From the human T2T-CHM13v2.0 reference genome, Homo sapiens: DNA of 64,000 nt. The DNA is taken from NCBI RefSeq assembly GCF_009914755.1, contig NC_060935.1; one strand, 5' to 3'. Positions 47,873 to 61,976 of this stretch are shown here, one piece after another. The notes below the pieces were generated by a model. The model was given only the letters and a program-made list of their open reading frames with translations. It did no database searches and was not told the origin of the DNA. Both the position numbers and the translations under genes were made by a program. Within the stretch, counting starts at the first letter, position 1. The number at the start of each line of letters is the position of its first letter.

Positions 47873-50741
47873 CACAATCTAAATTCTGTATCTTTTGTTC
47901 CTCCTAGTTCAGACTGAATCGAGGCCCCTGATGCCTTTTTCAAGGTAGTTTTTCTCTAAAGGTAACCTGAGATTATTGTGAAAACCAAAGCCTAATATGT
48001 TACAGATCAGAATGTAATAGACTAAACTGATTTAGAATGGGGTAACGTATTAGGTAAATTGCCACCATTTCCTGAGACAGTCAACCCATTATCCTAACTT
48101 CAGTTTAATTATCAGGAGCTTTCTAGCATGTGATCATGGAAGATTTGTAAGGCATCACACAAGAGTTATAGTTTTTTGTTTGTTTAGTTTTGTTTTACTG
48201 TAGCACTCGCTATTTCCCTTTCCTAGAATGTTCTCCAGGAGCCAGCTACTCATCATCAGTTAGGCCTCAGTTCAATATCACTACTTTCAATAGGCTTTTT
48301 CCTACTACGCCTACACTTTCTAAACAGCATTTACATTATATCCCATCCCATTATCAAGTTTTATTTATGCAAAATTATTCATGTAGTTATTGACTTTGTC
48401 TGAATTGTCTCATCCCATTTGAATGTAAATACCAGTCTTGTTTACTAGCATATAGTACAATACCTATCTCATAAAAGGCATATAATGTTTGTTGACTGAA
48501 AGAAGGATTTCATTGGCTGTCATATACACAGCTGGTAAATCCTCATTCTTGCCATATCTCTACCTTCAACTCTCCATTCTTGTGTGTCTAATGTAAAATA
48601 TTGCCAACAATGTCTGGAGAATGACTTGTCCAGAGCTTTCCTAATCAGGGGACTGTAGGCATGGCCATTTCCCAAGGGCAATGATTGTCAGATGACTTCC
48701 CAGTAGAGCAAAGAATTGGTATTTTATTTTTAGAAGTAAACATGAAATGAATTTATGGCAAAACAATTTTTTTTATCTCTTGAAAATATACCTTTGATGT
48801 CAAAAAAAGATTATATTCTTTCTCAAACTGTATTTTGAATATAGGATTATTCTGAATTTTTATTAATACATTCACTCTCTATTTCATAATCTCCCTACAT
48901 TCTAGCAAATTTTGGGTTAATAATTTATTATGCATATGTATATGAAATCTATCTATTAATAAATAGATATATTTCAATTTGTGCAAAGAGCTTTCTGGGC
49001 TTACCAGTTTTATCAAAAGTCAAATGGGTTGCTTAAGCAATGGTAAAATCATGAAACATGTCAGTTAGGATTTTCCAAATTAGAAGTTCCAAGACAGTAA
49101 CACTGGCTCTGCTGATATTATAATAACAACAGTAGTATCTATACAATGAATATGCAACCTGATAGTTTTCAAAGCAATGCTAGCTTCAGAATTGGTGGCT
49201 AGCCTGATATACTTCCCAGTTTGCTGGGGTTTCTGGAGATTAAAATTTAATCAGCAAGAGCATTCTCTAACACATTATACCTGGCTCGTCTGCTCTTAAT
49301 CCTCCTCCCTCATCCACCCACTCTGATAATATCTCAGATAAAAAGAATTGCAGAACTTATACCTTAAGAAAATTTTATAAAAATTAGTCTTATTTTTTAA
49401 AGCTTGGTACCTAAGAAGCATCAGTCATAGAAGCAGGCTGTTGTCCCCAAATGTTCCTCTACTGTGGAGTTAGTCATCATGTCTCACAAATTACATATTC
49501 TTTCAAAGCCCACTTCTGTCTGTTCGCAAGCTTACAACAGTGATGAACTAGCCTTGTAAACTCTAGTTTCTTCCTCCTTTAGGATGTTCCAAGGCTATGA
49601 AAAATATTGTACTGCTTATATAATTAGAAGTATGTGTTACCCAAGCTGGGAGAGTGCCTTCTGTAGTTGTGAAAACATTGGCATTAATTGGAGAGATGTC
49701 AAAGAGTTGTAGCCCCTGAGGATAACTATTTTTGAGTCATAATTGTTTTCCTACAGTTACAAATCCTTATAGGGCAATTACAATTATTCTAACCTGTGAT
49801 GTCTCTGACTCTGAGTGGAATATACTTGACTTGAGATTTGTGTAAATTCTATTAACATTGTGATCTTCAGTCCAGACTAGGAAACAGGTATCCACTCATG
49901 GTTATACTGCAGTGCCACTAGATGAAGTTAAGTCTGTATCCATGTTTTTCATAGTGTAGTATCCTATTAAATATGCAAAGAAATAAAGGATTTTAGTGAT
50001 CAAATGAGGTAGGAATTTTTAAAATAATATTTGCCATCCCATAATCACTTCTGAGATAGATATTAATAATAAAAATTAGCAGATTAAACACTCAAATTAA
50101 TTTTACAAGCTCTGGCCAAACCTTTTTTTTTAAACAATGAAGCTTAATTTTTTTAACCAATATCTACTAATATCCTGTAAAAGTATTCCCAAAGACCACT
50201 CTGAGAAATGTTAACCAGAGTAAGGCATTAAAACTCCATTTTCTGTCATGTTTAGCTGTGCATTTAGTTGTGAGAATCTTGACTTTTTTCCACATTTGAC
50301 GCTATGGTTCAACAATCATGTTAGATTGTTCCTAATAATTAAACTCACAGTAGTAGATTGACTGTCCTAGGAGATGACAGCAATATATATAATGGCTTAC
50401 CCTATCCTAAATGACTTTAGACTATTACATACTTACATGTAAAAAGTCAGATATTGTCTTTACAATAACCTCAGTTTACCTTAGGAGAACTACATTGAAA
50501 AATAAAACAATCTTCAAGGAAGTGCCAAGATTTGGCCTGAACTGCGAGGGGTAAAAATACAACATTCAGACTTCTGATTAAATATGTTCATTATGCAATA
50601 TTTGCTTATTTCTTGTTCCACTAAAACCGGCAAATAAATGACAGTAAATAATTAGAAGTAATAAAAAATACAAAAAATAATGATAGGAAACTTTCATATA
50701 GCACATACTTTGTGCCACGCATTGTTCTTGTGCCATGCATT

Positions 50742-50745
<4 letters not shown>

Positions 50746-50774
<29 letters not shown>

Positions 50775-51058
50775 GAGACGGAATCTCTCTCTGTTGCCCA
50801 GGCTGGAGTGCAGTGGTGCGATCTCGGCTCACTGCAACCTCTGCTTCTCGGGTGCAAGTGATTCTTCTGCCTTAGCCTCCTGAGTAGCTGGGATTACAGG
50901 CGCGTGCCACCATAACCCGGCTAATTTTTGTATTTTTAGTAAAGACTAAAAATGTTCACCACGTTGGTCAGGCTGGTCTCAAACTCTTAAACTCGTGATC
51001 CGCCCGCCTTGGCCTCCCAAAGTGCTGGGATTACAGGCGTGAGCCACCGTGCCCAGCC
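50746..51058 (-). mobile_element. AluS (Sg-like)
   Basis: Long poly-T; TSD CCATGCATTGTTCTTT/CCACACATTGTTCTTT. Confidence 0.93.
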
Positions 51059-51389
51059 CCACACATTGTTCTTTACAAAGAACAATTGTTTTATATAATT
51101 TATATATATGTGTATATGTACAAATTATAAATTTAACAATTGTTAAATCGGCAATAGATGCTCTCCCAATTTTAGACCCTGGAAAATGCAAACAGACAAG
51201 TAGTAGTTAACTTTAGACATAAGACAGACAAAAAGCTGACAGTACATGGAGAAGTCTGCAAGAATCATACCTATTAGCTCCGAGATGAGCTCAAAAATTG
51301 TAGGTACTGAGAACCTCTGAATGGATTATATGAGGTAGGGCTTAAAGAGGAGTAAATGAAAATCTTTCAAAGTTAAGATAATCCCCCAG

Positions 51390-51720
51390 TGCATCTAAGT
51401 GCTCAAGGCCCAATTCTCATGTTTCCTTGATTCCTTCTTTTTCCTTATTTCTAAACCTCATTCATCACCTAGTCCTTTTAGTTCTACTCCAAACATATGC
51501 CACATCTTTCCAGTTTTCCCCATTGTTCCTGTAATATAATGATATTGTAGGCCAAGCCACCACAATTTTCACCTAGACTAATGCAGTAGCCTTCTCACTG
51601 GCCTTTGTGCTTATATTCTTACTCCCTAGACACTATCTTTTCTAAATTTAGTAGCATTTACTGTTCCTTTCACAAAAGTACCATAACTGGTAAAACTGGA
51701 CAAGCCTAATTCTGTGAACG
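51390..51720 (+). mobile_element. L2 fragment
   Basis: CCAAGCCACCACAATTTTCACCTAGACTAATGCAGTAGCCTTCTCACTGG. Confidence 0.55.
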
Positions 51721-51949
51721 TCTCTCTTTGATTTGGTATCTCAATCTTTCTGTGAACATTTACCTTGGCAATTCTACCTTGTCTAAGAATTTGATTTTGC
51801 CTATTCAGGCTCTTCCTCTCTGGGTGCCAAAATCCTCTACCCTCTAGTATGTTTATCCCTTTTCTCAAGTTATTTTATATAGCTTGGCTAAATCCTATCT
51901 GTTCTTCAAAATTTTTCTCACATGGTATTAATATTCTTAGTGTAAAGTT

Positions 51950-52676
51950 ATATAACATTTGATACTTGGAAATTACATGAAAAGATCAATTAAGATAAGA
52001 CTCATAATGAATAAATGAATTGATTCACTAGATGGAAAAATAGATTGAATAAGTAAACAGATAAAATAAGCATATTAGGAGCTATGTTTCTCACTGTTGG
52101 AAAAAGTGTTTACAAACATATAAAAGGGGAAAACTAGAAATAACTGTGAGATCCTTTGGTAGGCATTGATATATTCGCTTTATATTGCTGCTACAAAAAA
52201 TTACCACAAATGTAGTCAATTAAAATGATATAAATTATCTTACAGTTCTGGAGGTTAAAAATTCAAAATTAGACTCACTGGACTAAAGTCAAGATATCAG
52301 TATGGCTGATTTCTTCTGCAGGTTGTAGGGGAAAAAAATCTTTTTTCTTGCATTTTCTAGCTTCTAGAGGCTGCTTGCATTCCTGGCTCCTGGCCCATTT
52401 CTCTTTCAATGCAGTGTAGCATCCTCAAATCTCTTTAAATGTCTAACCTCTGCTTCCATCACCACATCTTAGGTGACAATGACTGTGACTCTGCCTATTA
52501 ATGGGACCCCTGTGATTACACTGGGCCTATCGGGGTAATCCATATTCCTCTTCACATCTCAAGATCCTATATCACAGGTTTCAGGGATTAGGATGTGCAC
52601 ATACTTGAGAAGGGGGAATATTAAACTGCCTAATAGGAACTGGAAACATCAATTTGAGTGTGATGTCCAAGTTTCA

Positions 52677-52717
<41 letters not shown>

Positions 52718-53900
52718 GTGGTGATAGATTTGTGTGAAGTTCTTTGTGTGTGTATATATATTTATATACATATTTACATGTATAAGCATACATATGCATG
52801 TATGTATGTAATTTCTTTGCTTTTTTGTTGAGAGAACCTAGAAACAAGATCACCCAGTAGCGACAAGCACACCAAGAGCAGAGATACTAGTTTTAAATAT
52901 CTTCCAGTAAAAAGAACCAGGACTTCTTTAGAAATGATTAATGGGGTAGGAAAAATGTATGATGAGTTTGGGATAACTCTTTGTGCTAGGAAGTGAGAAT
53001 ATATTCAGAGAATGTGGTGACATATAAAACGGACACAGGCCAAATCCAGAAGATTTTAGCATCAAAATAAATAATGCTAATAATGGAACACAACCCAGTG
53101 AATAAGTAGGAATATATCATATGACTCCATATTTATAGAAATAAGTATATAAATGGAGGATGTGTGGGCTCCTCCTTACATTACAATGCTAAATGGTGAT
53201 GAAAGATCACATTTTGGCATCCATCATAGTGCTTGTTAGTTAATGTGGAAGTTTCAATGGAGGCTAAGGCTGGAGGGAGGAAGTTTAATGAGGAACAGAA
53301 TTTTCATAATTCATATTATCTCTCGACAAAAGACTAGTCAATTACCAAATGAAAAGATGGTGGTTTGTGATAAAACATTTCAGATACTAACATGACCAGG
53401 TAATGTATATTCGCATCACCATGTTGCAATGGGTTGACGTCCTGAGCCCACTGATCCAACGTACTGAGAAGAATACAACATTATTTCTGTAGTATTTGTG
53501 CCAAGAATGTAGGAGAAAACATCATATTAACTTAGGTTAAGCTTTATCCTATAGAATGTAAGGACTATGTAATCTTTAAAATTGCAAAGACTTGAGAAGC
53601 ATTCCATATTGGAGGTTACCTACAAGAGAAAACAACTAAATACATATTCCTGGATAGTATCCTGACCCAAAATTTTCTTAAAAAAGAACACTGTGGATAT
53701 AATTAGTAAAATTTAAATCATGTATGTAAATTGTATGTAACGTGTTGATTTTTTGACCTGGCATGTTGAATGTGTTTACGTAGGTAAGTGGTAGAAGTTT
53801 TTATTTTTGTTTGTATTTTGTTTCTGGGGAGAGGGAGACACACTTAAGTATTTAGAGGTGATGGGGCACCATGTCAGCAGCTCTGAAAAGACTCGGAAAA
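51950..53900 (+). mobile_element. L1MC/MD-like 3' region, interrupted by MLT1 and (CA)n
   Basis: AAGGGGAAAACTAGAA, CACCCAGTAGC..AGCACACC, TTTTAGCATCAAAATAAATAATG, ATTTAGAGGTGATGGGGCA. Confidence 0.55.
52170..52633 (-). mobile_element. MLT1 (C/D-like) MaLR LTR
   Basis: TTGCTGCT..ATTACCACAAA..TTACAGTTCTGGAGG..TTCTAGCTTCTAGAGGCTGC..GGGATTAGGATGTG. Confidence 0.78.
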
Positions 53901-53989
53901 AGTCTTATAATAATTAGAATGGAGAAGAGGGTAAGAGACAGAGAGAAAGAGAGAGAGAGAGAATATAGTTATTTGATGCAAATGTAGTA

Positions 53990-54130
53990 TTTTTTTTTTT
54001 TTTTTTTTTTTTAGTAGAGACAGGGTTTCACCATGTTGGCCAGGCTGGTCTGGAACACCTGACCTTATGAGCCGTCCACCTCAGCCTCCTAAAGTGCTGG
54101 GATTACAGACATGAGCCACCACCCACGGCC
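53990..54130 (-). mobile_element. Alu left monomer only, ending in a T23 run at the linker
   Basis: T-run then AGTAGAGACAGGGTTTCACC..CGGCC; flanking repeat CAAATGTAGTATT/CAAGTGCAGTATT. Confidence 0.9.
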
Positions 54131-56109
54131 TTTCAAGTGCAGTATTGATGAAGGTGATAAAAGTACGATCTTAGACTTTCTAATTCCATGTCCTTTAATT
54201 TTTATGTCATTTATTGTGTCACCTTTTCTTTTCATCTTGCCTTCTATGTAATCTGTTTAAATCCAGTACTCTACTTATCTCTTTAGCTGTATGTAATCTA
54301 CTATATGACCCTATTAAATTTTACATTTTAATGATTCTATTTTTAATTTCTAAAGTTACTTCGTGAATTTCTCAAATACAATTTAATGAATTTTTGTTGC
54401 CTGTTCATCTTTCTGATTCTATATTTTTCTTTTAAAACTTTTATTCTTAGTTGCTCTATGTCCTGTATGTTATTTTTCCAATATCTAAAATTTTTGAAGA
54501 TCTAAACCTGTGGTTTTTCCCCTCAATTCTCATTAGTAGAGGCCTCTTTCCTTGTGTCTTTGGGTTATCTTTTTATGCACATGTATTTTGGTGGATGTGA
54601 TCTGTGGGAATGCCATGTGCTTAAATCAGGGATGTTTCTCTCCAGAGAGAGTTTGCATTTTCTTTTGATGGGCACCAGGGGTCAATATGTCCGGAACCAC
54701 TCCCACCTCAGCCCCTCCCCAGCTTTAGTTGTCCAAGCTTAGTGTTGAAATTACAATTTCAGCTCCTTACTTGGGAATAGGCCAAAGGTCAAGTATCCTG
54801 GTACAGGTTTTCATTTGCTTACCACTCACTATCTCTCTTCTAGTTCCAGATTATGGTCATTTATTTTATTCTTCTTTAATTTTTTTATGGCTATATTTAT
54901 ATTTTTGACCCCAAATTGTACTTTTATAATTTTTATATTTTAAAAATTTTATATATTTTTATATTTTTTAACTTTTAGATTCTTTATAATTTTTATTTTT
55001 TATCAACTTTGTATTTTATATTTTTGTCCCCAAAATTATATTTATGGTCTATTATGTCCTATAAACCCAGAAATACATTAAAATATATTTTAACCAGAAT
55101 CTAGTAATACTTTAGTAGATGAACCCTTTAAAATAACTAGCGTTTTATTAGGCAAAAAAGAAATATTTTATATTTAAAATTTCATTATTCTTCCTAAAGT
55201 GACTGTAAGTCCTTTATGGATAACAAAAATGTTGTGTATGCTTACTGTCTTGGCTTTAGATTAGCTCCACACAAAATAGTTGGTATCAAATACACAACAA
55301 ATGAATTAATACAACTTTATTAGAAATCTTTTATCTTTATAATACCCCTTAAATATCTAATAATAGCTAAAATGTACTAAGCATTTAAATATAACAGGCA
55401 ATAATCTAAGTATGTTGCAAGAAAAGTCTAATTTAAGCCTTTACAATATACGTATGACTAGCAACTAATTGTTTTCTCATTCTACTCCTAAGGAAACTGA
55501 GGCAGAGAGAAGTAAATGAATTGTTTAAAATTAAACCTTAGAAGTGATCCCATCATGACTGATTTTTTATATTCACTGGTCACAGAGCCACTTGAAGGCA
55601 CTATTGATGGCTCAGTGTCCCCTCATTGTGAGAATGGCAGCATCTATGGAACGGGGAATTAAGCATGTATAAATAAACATATACATGTTTAGCTGTGTAT
55701 ACACACACGCACATACACACACCCTAAATCCCTGTACACACGTTTACTACACAGCCTTCTTTGTTAGATTTTTCAAGTAGGAGTCTGCCATGATTCAAAT
55801 AGAGTCCCTAGATTCTGTATTATGTTTGAACATTTTATATCTGAGAAAAGCCAAATACTCAAGGCAAACCTAGAAGCGTTCTTGTCTTTGATATGCAAAA
55901 TTCAATGTTTAGAAGTAAGTCACACAGAATTTCTTTCCAGGCAATGAGTCCTTAGGATAATTGTGTTTGATGTGTTAACCTATAAACTCACACATTTTTT
56001 CTTCTATCTCCATAGCAACAAGATAAAATCAATTTTGTCAGAGAGATATTTTCTCTTAGGAAAAAAATGTGGAAACAAAACAGTATAGCAAGAAACTTAG
56101 GAACATTTA

Positions 56110-56250
56110 CTGAGAGTGTCCGGGGTCAAATGCCAGCTCCACTACTGTCTCTCTGATCTTGGACTGACTTAATCTCTCAGTGTCTCAATTTCTTCATCAA
56201 TACAATGGGGATATTAATCATAGGTACCTACCTTATAAGAATTTTGTAAA
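56110..56250 (+). mobile_element. MIR fragment
   Basis: GACTTAATCTCTCAGTGTCTCAATTTCTTCATC..ATGGGGATATT..TACCTACCTTATA. Confidence 0.65.
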
Positions 56251-57911
56251 GCTCTAGGCTGAGTGACTATAACTAAGTAACTAACTGAATGAATGAAAGA
56301 ATGAATAAATAAATGAATAATTCCCAGATATGACACATATTTAGCACAATATAAATATATATATATGCCGTTTTAGTCAATGTGATCTGCTCATTTTCAA
56401 ATAATAAAGATCTCTTTTCAAATGGATGATTATAGATACCATTCTTTAGAGACTTTATGAACTATATAACATTTGAAAAGAATTTTTTGATTCCTATGAA
56501 AAGTCTTACATTATAATCATGAATATGTATTAAGTACCACATGTTTGCTAATTTTGTCTAAAAGTTGAATATCTCAAGTTACATTTTATGGTGCTTCATT
56601 ATTCATTGTGCAGTTTTTGAAAAGGTATTATTTTCTTTTTGAATAAAAGATTCTAAGGAATATTGAAATTTTAATTTCATGCATACTCTCTAGAATTCTA
56701 GAATTTAAAAGAAGTTTACAATAAACCTGATGTATTTTTAATATATAATTAAAAGGCACTGTACACCTCTACTACGTGCCTCCAGAAGCATATACTGAGC
56801 TGCCTTAGGATGTTAAGTATGTATGTAACGGTCTGAATTGTTAGGTGACAGTTGATAGCAGATGTAAAAGTTAAATAAGAAGGGAAAAAAGAAGACAATA
56901 AATCATCAATAATCCATTCAACCATTTCCTGACTTAACATGGTTCTCTCTTTTATTAAGTGTCTTCGAACTGTTAGAGTTTTTAGAAAGTGATTTTGTGG
57001 CTAGAAGAAAATAGTGTGTGAAGCTCTTGGAGTATTAATAGAAATGCCTTTTAAGCTCCTTTTAGTGAAGCTTTACAAAACTATACACTCAAATTATGCC
57101 TCAAATATTTCTTTTGTATTGGATAGATATTAAGCTCTAAGTAATTGAAAACAGATTTTTCCCCCTCCTCCTTTTAGAGGGAAAATTGTTCCTGGTTTAC
57201 TCTTCAGTGTTAATTTATTCTATTTTATTGGTCCAAGTACCTGTGCCCTTCTTTTCTTCTCCTCCATCTGACCCCCTCCCAAAAAACTTGATGTGGCTAG
57301 ACAATTTCATCATCACTTCTTAAAACAACATCTTCAATATCCACCAATGTATTTGGTAAGATAAGGAAGTTGGCATTTATGGAAAAATCTTATATGCATA
57401 GAACACTAGAGCATCAGAGTACCATCCCAGTTTATCTGAGAGATGAAGCCATTCATAATCATTAATAAGGATATGAACTTCATAATGTAAGCACAAGAAT
57501 GCTCACAGCTACATAGTTTAAATAGAAAAAAGGAAATAAATGTATATTTATAAGACACTGGCTGAATAAATTATATTACATAAATATATAGTGAACCATT
57601 ACACAGTTACTGAAGTTGATGATATTGAACAAGCAAGACTTGTGGGAAGTACAATAAAGGCAACATTATTTTTGTATGTGACATGCATAAATTCTTTGCA
57701 AGTGACTAGTTCTTTTCTTGTCCCTAGATAAAAATTAGGGCAAGTTCCATAACCATCTTTATGACCTCCTCCAAGTTTGTTGGCCAAGAGCTAATATGTA
57801 CATTTTAGGGTAATGATAAAAATATTAAATCCTTCTTATCTTGGATCATATTAGGATAGCCACTTAAGAGCAAGAAATGTCCTTTTTCTCTTCCACCACA
57901 ACTTTGCCAAC

Positions 57912-58336
57912 TGTCTTAGTTCATTTTCTCTTTCTAAAACTGAATACTTGAGACTGGGACATTTACGAATTAAAAAAAAATATTTCTTACAGTTCTGAAG
58001 ACTAGGAAGTCCAAGGTCAAGAAGCTACATCTAATGAGGGCCTTCTTGTAGGAACTCTCTGCAGAGGCTTAAGGTGACACAGGGCATCACATGACGAAGG
58101 GGCTCACCAGAGACAGACAGCCTGGCTTTTATAACAGACCCACTCTCATGATGATTAACCTGTTCCCTGGGTAACTCATTAACTCATTAACCCACTAATC
58201 CATTAATCCATAAATGAATTAATCCATTCATGAAGGCAGAGCCCTCATGACCCTCTTAAAGTTCCTATTTCTTAATACTGTTAATATTGGTTATTAAATT
58301 TCAACATGGCTTTTCCAGGGAATTTAAATAGTAGCA
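57912..58336 (-). mobile_element. MST(C-like) MaLR solo LTR
   Basis: TGTCTTAGT start; TTAATCCATTCATGAAGGCAGAGCCCTCATGACC; TSD CCAAC/CAAAC. Confidence 0.8.
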
Positions 58337-61300
58337 CAAACATTGATTTCTGATCCTTTAAGAGTCAAGGGAAGGGGTAGGGCATATTTTACTTCACTAT
58401 TACTTTTATGTGATAGCATACACTTTCTAGTTTTGGCAATGGTTTGATACCAACCCTTTCTCTGTGGGAAGTGTTTTCACTGTTTTTTAAGAAACCCCTC
58501 TCTTCTGCAATCTCTGTGGATCTCTTATTTGCAGATGGTAATACATTCTTGTTCGTTGTTTAGAACTTTTTCTTTTGGCTCCTGGCTACTTGTGGTCCAT
58601 CTTTGAGAGACCCTATCTCTATTTAAGACACTCATGATAGCTCTTTTATGTGTAGCCAACATCTAACCCAATGGAAACACTCATACATTCTCTGTCCTGA
58701 GAAACTCAGGATCACAGGCTGATTCTAATACAGAAATATTTCCATTTTATTCCATCGTTAAAGCTTTTAGCCAGTCAATCACTCACCATTTTGATGTCTC
58801 AGTCATAAGTCAGACATCTTTCTGCTGTGTCCAAAAAATGTCGGAAAACACAGCTCTCCATTTTGTTTCCTAATGAATCCTCTTTCTTGAACATAAATGA
58901 AGATGGAGTGCATTCTTTACCCTTCCTCTCTGAGGGGAGAGAGACACACAGCATGCCCAAAACTCTCCAGATTTTTATTCCTAATCTTTATCTTTCAGCT
59001 CTTTTCATAATAACCTCACTGGGATTGTGGAGATTGAGTCACAAGACTGGTTTTCTGAACGCTCCTTTGTCTGTGTCGTACATGGTGAATTCCTGCCTTT
59101 TTTTTTTTTTTTTTAAGAATATGGCATCTAATGTGTTGGGCTTCAGCCAAAATTGAGAGTAACATTTTTACACTGTATTTAGAGTATATTTGATAACTTA
59201 AAAAGGATGACAATTGTCTACTAAGTGACAATATATGTAGAGAAAATTATATATGATTTACCTTTTGATATACTCTGTGGTATAAATTGTGGAAGGCTTT
59301 GAATTAATATGACCTGTACCTTTTTTTAGATCTGAGGGAACCACTATTTTTAATAGGGGTGAGATATTATGTTTTCAAAGGGCTTTACTAATTTTATAGT
59401 TGTCTGCAGGGTGAATTATAGTTGGAAAAGAATAGACACAGAGACCTGACAGACACATTTAGGAGGCTGGTACAGTAAGGTACAAAAGTACAGTAAAAGT
59501 GATAATGAGAAAAGAAACTCTAAGTACTACTATAAAATGACCTTTATCTTGAATTTTTGTAGGAATTGGCATTACGTTTTTGAGAGAGAATGAAAGAGAG
59601 AGAATAACGGGATTAATTGAAAAGATTATGTGGCTTGTAACCACTCTGTAAACTTTGAGATTATTAAATTATTTGGCCTTGGTTCAAGCCATACCTCTGT
59701 TATTCACTAGCTGAGTAACCTTGTATAACATAATGACTGTCCTTCATCCTTAAAATAGGAATAATGGTACTTGGGTAAATGGATGGTTCTGTAATTTAAA
59801 AGCACGTGAAAATGCTTTGTAAATTCTATAACTACATAACTAAATCCAGTATCCATATCTCTTGAGAATCATAATAGGCAGTGATACTAGTTCTGCTGTT
59901 AATATGCAGAAAGGCAAAGGTTGGACTAAATGCTTTTGAAAGCATCTTCTAATTCTAAAAAGCCATGGCTGATTGAAGCAACTGGATACACGTGTCCTTT
60001 CAAGATTATTCCAGGCCTCTTTGCTCCTAGCTGTCTTTGGCACTGATCATACTTTGCCACATTTTATGCCTTTGTGAATCTCTGTCTGTTACTCCTTATA
60101 CCCTATACAGTCCTCATCTTGACCTGCTTCTGAGTATATACTACAGTACCAAGCACATTCCTATGTACCTTGTAATGCTCAGTAAATGCAGGTTGAATCC
60201 TTTACTTGCCATTTTGTTCTCAAAGAAGCATGAACACAACAACACTGCAGCATGCCCTCTATTGGAAAGGAAGAGAAAAAGGGAATGAAAGAGGGGAAAG
60301 AAATGAATATCTATAGGCATATGGAAGAGACCAAGAAGTCAGTATTAAAGGTTGCTTCCCATATAATACAATGAAGAGCTCTATGCTGCACTCCATGTGG
60401 AAGGGGATTCCTGAACTCATCTAGATTCAATTTTTGATCAGTTCTAATTGATACATATTGGCTGAAATTAAATTTATGTAATCATACTAATGGTTAACAT
60501 TTGCTGCTTTAGTTTTCAGAAGGTATTCAGTACTTTTACAAAATGTATAAACATAAGACTTCTGAATTTCATGAAATGATAGCAAATATATTAGTCTCAT
60601 TTTTTCTTTTGATGTCACACAATAATATACTTTGGGAGTTGTTATTGGCATAAAAAGTTGTTTTGAAAACTTCACATAAATAGTTGATGCACATACTGCT
60701 AAATATTTTAATGCTTTCATTGAAATATAAGGGATTATTTTGACATTTCCCTGAAACTTTCTGACCTAGAGGTATTAAAATAAATTTACATTCAAGTCAA
60801 TCTACGGACATATTCGGTTGGTTTGCAAATGCATTTTAACATTTATTGAAATGGCCTTTCTAAATAATGGAATGTTTTAGCCAACTTGAGAAAGATACTT
60901 GGTTTAAATTTTAGGATACCAAAATCTAATTTAACTGCCAAAATTTCACAACTTCATTGTAAAGGAACTTCCATAAGCCACTTGGTTTTATTTTCCCAAA
61001 CTGCTTTCATAGTCTACCACTTTCAATATCTAAGTAAAATTCTAATCATATTTTCTAATTTGCAGTAAAATATTTTCTATATTGTTTGCTAGACATACTC
61101 ACAGGAGATGATTTGAAAAACCTCAGATGAATGAGAACTGAAAACAATTTAAAAAATCAGAGAAATTTTGGGATTATCTGGTTCTTTCATTATTATAGTT
61201 ATTAATATGTAGTTATTAAACATTTTATATATTACAAATGGGTTTAGAAAGTCAGAAAATCCACAAAACTCTAATGCGGCTAGGATGCTATTAATGATAA

Positions 61301-61369
61301 CTTTGGCCAAATAGCAAAACTGGTCAAAACTCCAAATCTCTCTAGGCAAACAGTATTAAACAGTATTGA

Positions 61370-61732
<363 letters not shown>

Positions 61733-61976
61733 CTGAATGCACACAAAAAATTGATTTCTATAGATTTTCAAACTTTCTACATGGTTGTTGATCTCAGAAT
61801 TAGTAATCAATAAATAAACAAAAATACAGCAGATATTTATCTTTTCAGAGACCTCTGGGAACAACATCATATTATGGGACCTGACCCCTGTGGAATTTTG
61901 GGGGTTAAATCTGCAAGCTTAAATAAACTCAATATTTAAAGTTAGTGTTCAGCCAACAATTTCTAAACAGAGGAGA

